A stretch of DNA of 64,000 nucleotides, the filler included, from Lenisia limosa (taxonomy: Eukaryota; Protista; Breviatea), in NCBI GenBank assembly GCA_001655205.1. It is 11 parts of 11 records of this genome, joined end to end, with 100 filler letters (N's around TTAATTAATTAA, not from the genome) between each part and the next. Parts side by side here need not be neighbours in the genome. Positions count along the whole stretch, not along the records: positions 36,788 to 41,316 come from LPNZ01009086.1; positions 41,417 to 43,164 come from LPNZ01002926.1; positions 43,265 to 51,694 come from LPNZ01007257.1; 8 more parts are not named here. The stretch is one strand, 5' to 3'. The notes beneath the pieces were generated by a model, which had not been told where the DNA came from, ran no database searches, and was given only the letters and a program-made list of their open reading frames with translations. Positions 37,517-49,118 of the stretch are shown piece by piece. How positions within the stretch are numbered: position 1 is the stretch's first letter; each line of letters starts with the position of its first letter. A program made the position numbers and the translations under genes.

Positions 37517-38592
37517 GTGGGGGGGGGGNNNNNNNNNNNNNNNNNNNNNNNNNNNNNNNNNNNNNNNNNNNNNNNNNNNNNNNNNNNNNNNNNNNNNNNN
37601 NNNNNNNNNNNNNNNNNNAATCTTCAAAAACTACCGATATTTACTGGTCTTTTTTGAACCGAAGTGAAACCTTAGTCACAGCTCTTGAATAGTAATCCCA
37701 AGTAAATGCGCCGTAGTGTCAGCATTCGATAGAGAACCTGATCCCTCAGTTTACTGGCCTGGGCTTTGTTTTGTTGTTTTCAACCCTAAAGCAACAAAGT
37801 TGATTCTGGGCTTCTTTCGTTCCATAAATTTTCTAAGTTCACTCCCCCAGATTACTCTGTTGGTGCATCTGCTGAACAAGCATTTCCGTCAATAAGCCTT
37901 TTGTTTTTTAGGATTTGTTTTTTGCTTTGTTTTTCTATGCCGTATTATTCCAGGGGTTTGTATCATTAATGCTTTTTCTTCTACTCTGGTTTATTCCAAG
38001 CCGTGAAAGCAGGGTGATAATTCAGAAAATTGACTCGGATTTTCCTTCAATTCTCTAAATTGGCGTATTGAACTTGATTTACACCAACGCTTGGAGTCTT
38101 TCAAACTGAAGTAACGGTAGTTATTAACAATTTTCTAGTCGCCACCCTTATATGATGTTAAAATCTCGCTTTGTTGACTCTTCAAAGCAGTGCCGCCAAC
38201 CTAGAACATTTTCACGTCTGAACAAATAGTTTTGCAATCTATAACTACTTTAACTAGAATTTAACGAAATTCTGGTCAGTGCACATAATACTCAGAAACT
38301 CGGAAACAGATGAAACCGAGTGTACTGAGTGATTGTTTGATATTATATAATCTAAGATAGCATTAACGTAAGAGATTGTGATTATCATTCGTGAATCGTT
38401 CACGATGACAGTATCTCGTTCTTTTGCCCGTTCCTTTCCAATTCGTTTTTTTTTTGAAGCAAGTTATATACCCATCGGTTTTTCTTTTTTCAAAAAACAA
38501 AGAAATGAGTGCACATTTCACCATCTTTAGAAGAGTTAAATAAATCAAGAAAAGAAGCCCACTTTCAGAAAAGCCAAAACCCCACAACAACC

Positions 38593-41316
38593 CTAAACAC
38601 GGCTCGGGTGATAATATCGCCAGAACGTCACCAAGGACAACCAGGCCCAGGACTGCCACTCTAAATACACGTCCACCGTGTAGAAGGACTGTGGCGTTAG
38701 TGTTGGATGAAATATTGGACGGATTGATGGAGAGACATTTGGATGTAATACAAGGAGACAGATATATTATGGATGATGATGTGTACGTTGTAAGGCAAAT
38801 GATTGGGTGGATTGACAGTACAATAATTCAATAGAGTGGATTGTGGGCTTTTTTTGTTAATTTTCCAATTTACCCACCCCCCATACCACTTTTTGGCCGG
38901 GCTTGATGGTGGTGCGGAGTGCGGCAGAGGAGACTGGCGCCTTGGCTGGCAGCCCCCCGTCCTGGGCGAGTGAAAAGGGAAAATTTGTGAAATAAAATAA
39001 GTCGGGGGGAGTAAAAAAAAAAANNNNNNNNNNNNNNNNNNNNNNNNNNNNNNNNNNNNNNNNNNNNNNNNNNNNNNNNNNNNNNNNNNNNNNNNNNNNN
39101 NNNNNNNNNNNNNNNNNNNNNNNNNNNNNNNNNNNNNNNNNNNNNNNNNNNNNNNNNNNNNNNNNNNNNNNNNNNNNNNCTCGAGGGCGTTTTCGATTTG
39201 AAGAAGTCTCTTCGTTCCAGCAGAAAAACTGAATATAAGCCTCGGGAAACCAAAGAACCAGGCGAAAGGAGCCTTAGGCAAAAGCCAATTAATATAATTT
39301 AGATCCGAATTGAAACTCATTAAAGACCCCACACATTTTAATACCCCCCCCCCCCCNNNNNNNNNNNNNNNNNNNNNNNNNNNNNNNNNNNNNNNNNNNN
39401 NNNNNNNNNNNNNNNNNNNNNNNNNNNNNNNNNNNNNNNNNNNNNNNNNNGCTGCTCTGCGGAAGAGGCGAGGCTTTCTCCAACCTGGCAAAAGTCAGGT
39501 AAAATGTCAGGTAAAATATCAGGTGAAACGTCAAGTGGGGGTAATGAGGATAAACAGAGGGGTGTCTTAAAGGGTAATAAGTAGGGTTTTACTTCGGTTC
39601 GAAACAAAGACTGAATTTCTCAACAATTCCTCGAAAACTATCGATATTTACCGGTCTATTCCGAGCCGAAATGAAGCCCTAGTGAGTAGAACAAGGGGGG
39701 GGGGTAAACAAGATAAAGTCAAAGTTATTTTGTGCTATTTGTATGAATAAAGGGCATAATATTTCAGGGAAATTTTACTCCGTACTCATTAACTGTCTCA
39801 TTTTGCTTAATAAAGCGGAACAAGGGGAGGGAGTAAGAACCCACAAGGCAGATTTCTGCGTTCCAGGAGCCATCGCATCCTTGATCCAGCTAATGCATGT
39901 GTCGTCCCGACATATTTCGTGCGCACAAAGCCCTGAATTGTCAGTGCTGCTAGAATTTCAACAACATACAAGGAATCTATGAGGTTCAACAAATTCAGGG
40001 GAAATATATAATAAATATCATATTTATCCTCATGGTTACGCATTTATTTGTTGCATGTTTATGTGAAAATGTGTTTGTCTACATGCACATATGATGTAAT
40101 TATGTTTGTGTAATTATATCTGTGTATGTCTATCGATATGTAAATATTATGCGTATGTGAGTAACTGTTTAAAATACGATGAAGTTTTCGCTCACCATCT
40201 TTGGATCTGCAATTTGGGTCTACTCCAAGACCCAGCAGAGCCATGATACCAATAAGGTCCCCCTTGAATGCGGCAACTAAATCGGTCATTTTGAGGGGAA
40301 ATCGTTTGTACCCCAGGTTTTTAATTAATATATTGTGTTCTGAAGAAACAAAAATGAAAGAATGAACAAAATATTATGATGTCTCTTTAAAACGTGAGAT
40401 TTTTTACATTATATGCTACAATCAGTCTGGAAAGATAGGGTAATTTGTTTATGGTATCCCTATGTATTTATTTGCTAATGTTTATTTCTCTTTAAAAAAA
40501 GAGTCATTTTAAGGTATGGTGCTTAATAATATCTCTTATAAATATCATATTCCTACATCATATGGTATCCAAAAACACAGTGGTATATATCAGGCCATCA
40601 GTCAAAAAAGGCTTACGGTGAAGGGCTGTTTGCTGATACGAGTCGCGCAGTGACACTGACGACTCTAATTGATAGGTAATTTAGGAGAATTTTTGAGTAC
40701 GTAATCAACCTTATCAATATCATTATCATCGTCGCCATCATCATCATCATCAACAACAACAACAACAACATCATCATCACCATCATTAACATCACTATCA
40801 ACAACAACAACAACATCAGCAGCCCACTCACCATTACTCACCAGTCCAAGAGCCTCGACAAAGCCCAGATGAGCGGCATACATGAGTGCTGTTCCTCGGT
40901 CTAGCCCATGAGACAGCCCGAATATACTGTCTTGGTGTGAAGTGGGGAGATTCTGCGGGGTGGTGAGTAGTGGAACTGCAATTAATTGAAAAATTAATTA
41001 AAATATTTGAAGTAGAACATATTGTAACAAGAACAATATTCCAGACACTTTATTTCTAATTTGAGCAATTGTTTTTTTTTAAAAAATAAGATGTTAAGGG
41101 GGGGGGAGTACATTTGAGGGTGTGTGGGGAGGAAAGATGAAATCACTAGTGCCCTACCCGCTGCACCTCAACAACCTCAATAAACTCTCCGTCACAGTCA
41201 TATTTCTGTGATAATCTTGTTTTTTGAATAATAACGTCTCCCTCACCTTAACAGTCTCTTTGATTACAACCAGCGACACGATGTCTCGGGCCACGACGCA
41301 TTCGTGAAGGGCGGGT
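38593..41316 (-). CDS. Ankyrin-repeat protein with an unassigned C-terminal region, 5' partial
   Basis: Exons RGTALMYAAHLGFVEALGL, RDSYQQTALH and AAFKGDLIGIMALLGLGVDPN; probable last exon SFYTVDVYLEWQSWAWLSLVTFWRYYHPSRV-stop. Confidence 0.65.
40730..40820. repeat. Compound (ATC)/(AAC) microsatellite in an intron
   Basis: catcatcatc..aacaacaac runs. Confidence 0.9.
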
Positions 41317-41589
41317 NNNNNNNNNNNNNNNNNNNNNNNNNNNNNNNNNNNNNNNNNNNNTTAATTAATTAANNNNNNNNNNNNNNNNNNNNNNNNNNNN
41401 NNNNNNNNNNNNNNNNACAAGGGTTGATAACAACAAAACAAACTAAGCCCAGGCCAGTCGCTTCTGGGGGTGAAACAAAGGAAGTTGAGATGAATAGTAT
41501 TCGGATGGGATAATGAAAACTATGAGACCAGTAGCTACTTTGTGCCAAAAAGGAAGGAGAAAGAAGAAGTGGGTATATTCATGAGCATG

Positions 41590-43037
41590 TTTCCTGTAGA
41601 CCGCCAACTTTTTCCTTCTCAAGAAGAGCGGGGTTTTCAATAAGAGAGAGAACCTGGGAAGTTAAAGGGGAACTATCTGGAACAAAAGTCAAGGTAGCAT
41701 CACTCCTGGTTCCAAATTGGAATACTATCATCCAGATAGACATTTATGGCCCCTTCTGATCCGACATACTTCACGGGGGAAGGTGAGGGGCTTCATCTTG
41801 AGTGCTTGGGGGTTGCCGATGTTGCACTTGATAACGCGGGTGAAGGGCTTGCAGGTGGGATCCATCTTGATTTCGGCTGGGGCGTGAGAAGTGGANNNNN
41901 NNNNNNNNNNNNNNNNNNNNNNNNNNNNNNNNNNNNNNNNNNNNNNNNNNNNNNNNNNNNNNNNNNNNNNNNNNNNNNTATAAACGATAGAGTCGGAGTT
42001 TTGTATAATAAATGGGGTAAGGTTTGGATGTGCTCGTAAACTGAAGTATGTCACTGTTTGTATTTGAGAGTATTCGGGATGGACAGGAGGAATCTATCAA
42101 AGTGATATTCTTTTGAACACACTACAAGATTCCCCAATATAGATTCTATGTGCTATTGATGGGTGGATCAAAATAGAGCATTTCTCCTTGGTGTAGGCTC
42201 CTCTCACTCTCGATTTCTTCGGCTCTGATGACCTAGTGCGTGAGTTGCGGAAAAGGTCAAAACGAGGAAAAGAAAAGAGAAGAGAGAAAGTGGAGAGATC
42301 TCATGGCGTGAGAGCTTGGAACATTAAAACAAGATAAAGGATGTGGCCACGAGGGGGGGGGGGNNNNNNNNNNNNNNNNNNNNNNNNNNNNNNNNNNNNN
42401 NNNNNNNNNNNNNNNNNNNNNNNNNNNNNNNNNNNNNNNNNNNNNNNNNNNNNNNNNNAAGTTACTAGAAGACAGAAACATTCGCAAAAAAACAGCACGA
42501 ACAATGGAAAAGAAGAACCCGAAAGTGAATACTATGAAAAAAATCCGAGAATAATGAAAGAATTGACTCCCAAAGAATGCCCATAAAAGAAAGACCAACA
42601 ACAAGCAGTTCCTCCGAGACTGAAAACAAAATATGACAGGCCAGAACAAGAGACAAGTCACCAACGTGTGGCCAATATCAACTCACCACAGACTAGATTC
42701 CCAATTGTGTATCACCCTGATAGCACCAGCCCTCTTACTAGTTCACCACGAACAGCATACTCGGCTCTCACCAGGTTCTGGTCGAGGGAGGGGAGGGACA
42801 TCACACGTACTGTTGGTATAAGGTGGTGATTGTATATTAGGCATGAAAAGCGTGAAGAATAACATGAATCCTCAAAAAAATGACCATGGAAAGAGACGAA
42901 AAATGAAAACCAGCCGTTCCATCCTTTCAGTGCTTTTGATGCCCTTTACTAACCGATAGAACCTAAAACAGTCAGTGACTCATGAAGGAAAAAATAGGGG
43001 AAGAAAAAGTCAGACTTATTCCAATCTTACGCTGCAT
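41590..43037 (-). CDS. GPT: Alanine aminotransferase, 5' part
   Basis: Spliced LDQNLVRAEYAVRGEL|VIRAEEIE|..KPFTRVIKCNIGNPQALKMKPLTFPRE|VLSL. Confidence 0.9.
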
Positions 43038-43480
43038 CGTGGCTGCTGACAGGTTTGTTCTTGCTTGTAACTACTCAAGAGGTCGATATTTTGAAAAAAT
43101 CTCGAAAAAGGAGATTTGGCTCGGAGAGTCTTAGATTTGCCTCTGGAATATTCTGGTATATTCTNNNNNNNNNNNNNNNNNNNNNNNNNNNNNNNNNNNN
43201 NNNNNNNNTTAATTAATTAANNNNNNNNNNNNNNNNNNNNNNNNNNNNNNNNNNNNNNNNNNNNAAAAGGCCCTTTTTCGAAAGATATCTAAAAAGGTCA
43301 TGTATAGACCTGAAAATGGCCACATATCAACTAAAAATGATCATATGTAAACATGAAAATGATCATGAATAAACTTTGTAGATCTACGGTGTAATTTAGT
43401 TTTCTGGTACCGGCACATTTAACTATTTGTACATCATCATCACCCGCCATAATCATGACCATCACCATCCCCGCCCCCAC

Positions 43481-46400
43481 TCAGGAAGCCGCAAGCCGAA
43501 CATCTTCAGACCTGTACCGGCCAAAGAAACAAAGCCCGTCGAAACGCCCATTGTTCGACCAATAAGGGCCACAGCAGGAATCTAAAGACATCAATATGTA
43601 TATGTTTTTACTAATGTATTTTTAACTATTTATGTTCTGTATGTGGCTTTATTTTGGGCTTCTATACCACCATGCTGAGAAGAGATACTGGATTATACTT
43701 ATAACCACTTCAGAAAACAGGGAAGCCCTCTTGGCACACTATATCCGCCTCACTTGCAACGCACCAATTGCGATTCCACCAAGCAAAGACCTGCGAACTT
43801 GTCCACTAAACCGTAAAGGGAAGTTATGATGACAAGGGTCTTCCAAGTTCTGAGCAGAAGCATATTTGTAGGGACCCAAAAGATGGAAGGTAAATAAACA
43901 ACAATATTAAATAAAGATTACAATGCGTCAAGGTAATCAATATCAATGATATTTATTGATGGGCAAGATATTGGATTATAGAATAATATGTAACAACAAA
44001 ATCCGCCTTATAACTCTGTGCACACAGCTTGAGGGGGGGGGGTGCCTCCCCAGCATACGACATATTCGTGATATAATGTCAATGTTTATTGATGATATAC
44101 AACAGATCCACTAGTGATATGATCATATGAACGACTTTCAAGTCGAAATGATTAACGAAGATCACACAAAGGTTCATCCCGAGTGTATCAGAGTATCATT
44201 GAGACTTGTTGGTCAAGTCCTGACACGATTTACTAAATATGCGGCTCAATATCCGTATCAAGACTTATCGCGGTCAGTGTATACCATACTCACCTTGAGT
44301 TTTTGGTATAGTTATAGAGTAGGCCTGCAGATACGGCGCCACATAGGGCCATGAAAATTGGAGAAACTGGGGGGGGGGGGNNNNNNNNNNNNNNNNNNNN
44401 NNNNNNNNNNNNNNNNNNNNNNNNNNNTGAAATATATAGAGATGAGAAAGATAACACTTTCCTACGTATAAAACCTCATATCACTTTTTGGATACATATC
44501 CACTCTCATGAAAATTGACCAAAAAGTCTCAATAATTCTCTGATACACTCGGGAGGAACCCTGTGTTATCTTTGTTCATAATTTCGATTCAAAATTCGGT
44601 CGTATGATCATATCACTAGTGGAAAGGGGACATAGTTTAAAAAACACAAGAAAAACTCAATCACACCTTGGATATCCTGAATCAAATCTCCGGACAAATT
44701 ACCGGTGATGAAGTTTTTCAAAACTCTAAAACAATTATTTTTTGAAAGATGGTGGTAATAAAACAAACACCTTTTGAAATAAATAACAATTAACTGACAG
44801 AAACAATTGACACTAGTATTGTATATGCNNNNNNNNNNNNNNNNNNNNNNNNNNNNNNNNNNNNNNNNNNNNNNNNNNNNNNNNNNNNNNNNNNNNNNNN
44901 NNNNNNNNNNNNNNNNNNNCTTAGAATACACATACAGTGACCGCGATAAGTCTTCTTGACACATGAAAACAAATCGGTCAAGACTTATCCAGGTCACTGT
45001 ACTTATATGATACAAAACACCCACCCCCTAACAAAACTAAATTAGTATATCTGAATATGCAAGGGCGCCAGTAACCCCAGAAAAAACAAAAAGTGTGGGG
45101 AGGCATGTGTGTAAGGCAAATGATTGGGGAATTAATATGATACTATAATCCAATATCTCTTATAAGCTTGATGGACGGCTTCTGCCAGATACAACCTTGT
45201 ATTTATCTCATTGCTCTATCTATGCCCACCAGAATCGATAATTTATTTGACCTTAGAATAGCTAACCCATAAGCAAGAGCTCCCCCCTTCCCATCATACC
45301 CATATACAAGCGCGCCAGCAACCCCTGATAAGTAGACCGGGGCGCCTCTAATTGGATCAAAACCGACCCGAGTGGCCAGTGATGAGGGAACTGCGGGAGG
45401 TCAAAATCGAACCTCAAAACATCCCAAAATCAACTTTAGGGGGAGAGCGACACAAATGAATGAATATTTGATGTGTAGCTTATCAAAGGGAGTGAAAACT
45501 GCCTTTTTTTAACAAAAGAACTGGGTATAATGGAGTATTTATGAATAAAAAGTTAATTGTGAATTCACGATTTGTAATATTGATTCAGGAGCAAAACTAG
45601 ACCAGGCTTGGAATATGTATCGTTTGCTCTGTCTTTCCTTTTAGTTAATTGATACATCCTGCTTTCTTGTTCTTGAAAATCCGGGCTTACTTCCTGAACA
45701 AAGGTGTGACCCAGCTCCAAAGAGAAGTCCGCCGATCGACAAATCTGGCAATATTACAAGGGATGTTGAAGAAGGTAAAAACTGAAAATACTTCAAATTT
45801 TGACAATTAATAAGAAGAAATAATTAAAAAGTGTTTCTGGTCGAAGCCGTCTATACCATAACGCTTATAGAGATATTGGATTATAATATAACTCTGCAGA
45901 CATAAATAATAATAAATTATCCATAAAGCGTATGATTAAGAATACTAACCATCCATAAACCACAAAAAGCGTATGAATAATAATTAATACATCCAAAACC
46001 CACTAAAAGCATATGGTGATAAATAAGCCTTCACTTCGGTTCGAAACAGACCGGTATAATATCAATAGTTTTTGAGGATTTATCGAGAAATTCAGTATTT
46101 TTTCGAACTGAGGTGAAGCCCTAGTGATAAATAACCCACTAAAAGCATATGATGCCGAAGGTTCGAATGTTGAGTATCCGAGACAATTGAGAATCGTAAA
46201 GGCTCCTGTGCTTGAGCCCTTTAACGTTAATTCATGAGAAAATTTAAACCTATCTCATAAGACAAGACTATTTGATAACGATTTGACCAAGACATTATAC
46301 ACATGTAAAAAAAATAATACCTTTGAATTATTTCATGATATTTTCAATATACAATGTCAGATACTATGATATAATATATCGACATGTTAACCCATTTCCA

Positions 46401-46732
46401 CCAGTGATACTATCATTTTACCGAATTTTGCGTAGAAATGTTGAACAGAGATATCACGACCCGAGTGTTTCAGAGTATCATTGAGACTTGTTAATCAATT
46501 ATCATACGAGTGAATATGAGGTATCATATCACTGCGCGAAAAGTGATTGTTCACATGAAAATTATCCAAAAAGTGACATGTCTTGTATTACCCTTAGCAC
46601 AACCCACCACAGCGGCCAAGTAGCCATTCACCAAGGGGTTCTTTAATAAGTCCAGCTTTTCGACCGTCTTGGCATTTTGCCCCTCAACAAGAGGGAAAAC
46701 AGCGTAGCCCAATACAGCACCTTGGGCAAGGC
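43481..46732 (-). CDS. YeeE/YedE (TsuA-like) sulfur/thiosulfate transporter family membrane protein, both ends uncertain
   Basis: Exons GLAQGAVLGYAVF, IGGLLFGAGSHLCSG|IPSSLATRVG..LSGVAGALVYG and LLGGIAIGALQ|IPAVALIGRTMGVSTGF; a possible first exon lies near 47150-47210. Confidence 0.72.
44107..44623. mobile_element. TIR element family C (piggyBac-like MITE), 517 bp
   Basis: TIR tccactagtgatatgatcata ... tatgatcatatcactagtgga; related copies near 46388-46545, 48945-49035, 51151-51192 and 9035. Confidence 0.7.
44935..44999. mobile_element. 65-bp Tc1/mariner-type MITE (family D)
   Basis: TA|CAGTGACCGCGATAAGTCTT...AAGACTTATCCAGGTCACTG|TA; TIR 18/20 match with TA on both sides. Confidence 0.8.
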
Positions 46733-47588
46733 CTAATAACGATGAGAAAAGTGCGGAGTGAAAAAGAAAACTGAACTCACACAAAATCATATCTACCAGC
46801 AAAATATTTGAGGAAAACATTCTCATTGCTTCGCTAAGGTTTCAAAAAAGAGAGAATTGCCCAATAAATCATCGATAATTATGGGTCATATGATACGAAT
46901 ACAGCTATATCATGATGTATTGCGGTCATATGTTGAATAGCGCCGCTCTTTTCTAACTTTTATTGCAAAAAAGATGCATAAGAAATTAAATGAATTTTGA
47001 TGTGGGAAAGTAACGAGAACTTCGTCATGTACACTAGTAATGCATAAGACATTGTTTTATTATCATTCATGAATAGCACTCAGATTGCAATAAAAAATGT
47101 ACATATCGATATGATATACATGATAACAAACCAGGTACCTCACCAGGCATACCAGGTAAAAGTACGTCAATAAACATGACGAAAACAAATGAAGGCGAGC
47201 CGAAGATTGATCACAGCAAGATGGTCGGGTCTCGATTACCCAAAAGAAAAACGAAAAATAGTAAAGTAATATGCCGTTTCGTCGTCTCGTTTCTTCTTTT
47301 GTTTGTTTGTTTTTGAATGCGCGAGAAAAGAGGAAGAAATGAAGAAATAAAAGGGAAAAGATTTATTTGGTGAATCCATCCAAGATATTTTTATCTTACT
47401 GTTTCTCACTTCTTTCCTTTTCTTACTGTTTCTCACTTCTTTCCTCTTTCTTCTTCTAGCTGAAGTAGACTGAGAAAAAAAAGATAAGAGCGAACTATTT
47501 GGGAAGAGAAGGGACGATCACAACATCATCCTCCTTGGTAATCATCGATCAATACACGTCCACGTCGTAGAACACCCAGTATCTCAAT

Positions 47589-48654
47589 ATGAAGAACATG
47601 GTCCTCTTCCACCTCCTGATGCTTGTGGTGTTTAGTACCGCCAATGTCATGATGTCAGATTCAGCGGGAACAGTCGTGCTTGGAAGTCTCAGAGTTGAAA
47701 AGGTATGCCAGAAAATATATCGTATTGATGTTTTATTTACTCTATACGATACATGATAAAATTTGAAATCAAAGTGTTTAAAATGTAGTTTACTCTAGGG
47801 AGTATAAATATAAACCAGTTTATTCCTTTTCTGACAATATGTCACACTTCAAAGTTTGCAATTAATTATTTAATACCAGAGTCTAGCACTACCTTCACAT
47901 GTTCCAAAAGACGTAATTCTCGATAATTATCAATAATTTGGAAACAAACTGAATCCTCTCTGGACTCCCCAAAATCTCCCCTTGAGTTTGACATACCTTG
48001 TAAATATGAGGTCCACTAGTTTTTGAACTCGTAGATGACCCCTCTATTTTCCAAAAACTGTTCTAAAAATACAACTTTAACTTTTTTTTTTTTTTTTTAA
48101 TATGACTCATATTTGGTTGAGCCCACCTTGCGGAGCCCCTGGAGGGTACCGGGTGCATTTCCTCTAACACTACAGGTGTGCGATGGCTGTCCTACACAGT
48201 CAGCTTTCGAATGTGGTGAAACCGTCACGAATCTCTGCAGTGAAGACTGCGGGGTCTCCGGCACGGCCTTGAACTACTGGCAGTGTCTGGCGGGACAGGA
48301 TACCACTGTNNNNNNNNNNNNNNNNNNNNNNNNNNNNNNNNNNNNNNNNNNNNNNNNNNNNNNNNNNNNNNNNNNNNNNNNNNNNNNNNNNNNNNNNNNN
48401 NNNNNNNNNNNNNNNNNNNNNNNNACCTTGTTTTTTATTTCTTATTGCCATTAAATACAGTATATTTACGGATTTAGGCTTGTGGAGAGAAGGTAGTTGA
48501 TGAATGTGGCAATCAGTGCCCCGGAACGTACGGGGTTGATTGTGATGTCGGCTTCGGATGCACGCGATTCGCTGGTTGGTTGAACGATTATATTGCTACT
48601 CCTCCAATTAATATCATCACAATCATTATCATCGGTATTCATTATAATTTTTAG
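47589..48654 (+). CDS. Small secreted cysteine-rich protein
   Basis: Signal-peptide-like MKNMVLFHLLMLVVFSTANV; exons VCDGCPTQSAFECGETVTNLCSEDCG..WQC and ACGEKVVDECGNQCPGTYGVDCDVGFGC; 3' end approximate. Confidence 0.7.
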
Positions 48655-49118
48655 CATTATTGTTATGTCACCATTGTTATAACATCACAAGCCCGTTATT
48701 ATCACTGTTCAGTATCCCCATTATAATTGTTGTTATCTCACCTTTGTTGTTTTTATTGTTATTTTCGTTGCTATCACTTTGTTATCTCTTCCGTTTTTTT
48801 TTTCTTTTTTTTTAAGGACTTGGTTCAAATAATTTTGTTTTCTCTTCCGCTGCCATATTTTGGGCTCTTATTGGAATTTAAGAATTTTCTATTTTTGTGG
48901 AGACAAAGAAAAGATGGTTCTTTAAGAAACGAGAAATATCAACCCAAATCCACAAGCTATATGATCATATGACCGGCTTTCGAATCGAAGAAATGCTGAA
49001 AGAAGTTTATGAGGTATCATTTCATGTGGAAAATGTTAGTTCACACGTGTGAAAATGACTCAAAAAAGTGATATGGTGATATAAGAAACGAGACGTAATG
49101 AAAAAATCTAAGGACATG

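Noticed and set aside
39494-39540. Four 12-bp tandem units (gtcaggtaaaat-like)
   Set aside because: An ordinary intronic minisatellite with no further structure
42660-42820. Apparent duplicated or alternative first exons in the alanine aminotransferase gene
   Set aside because: Re-reading showed a GTAAGA donor after EYAVRGEL, which joins in frame to VIRAEEIE; a single ordinary gene explains it
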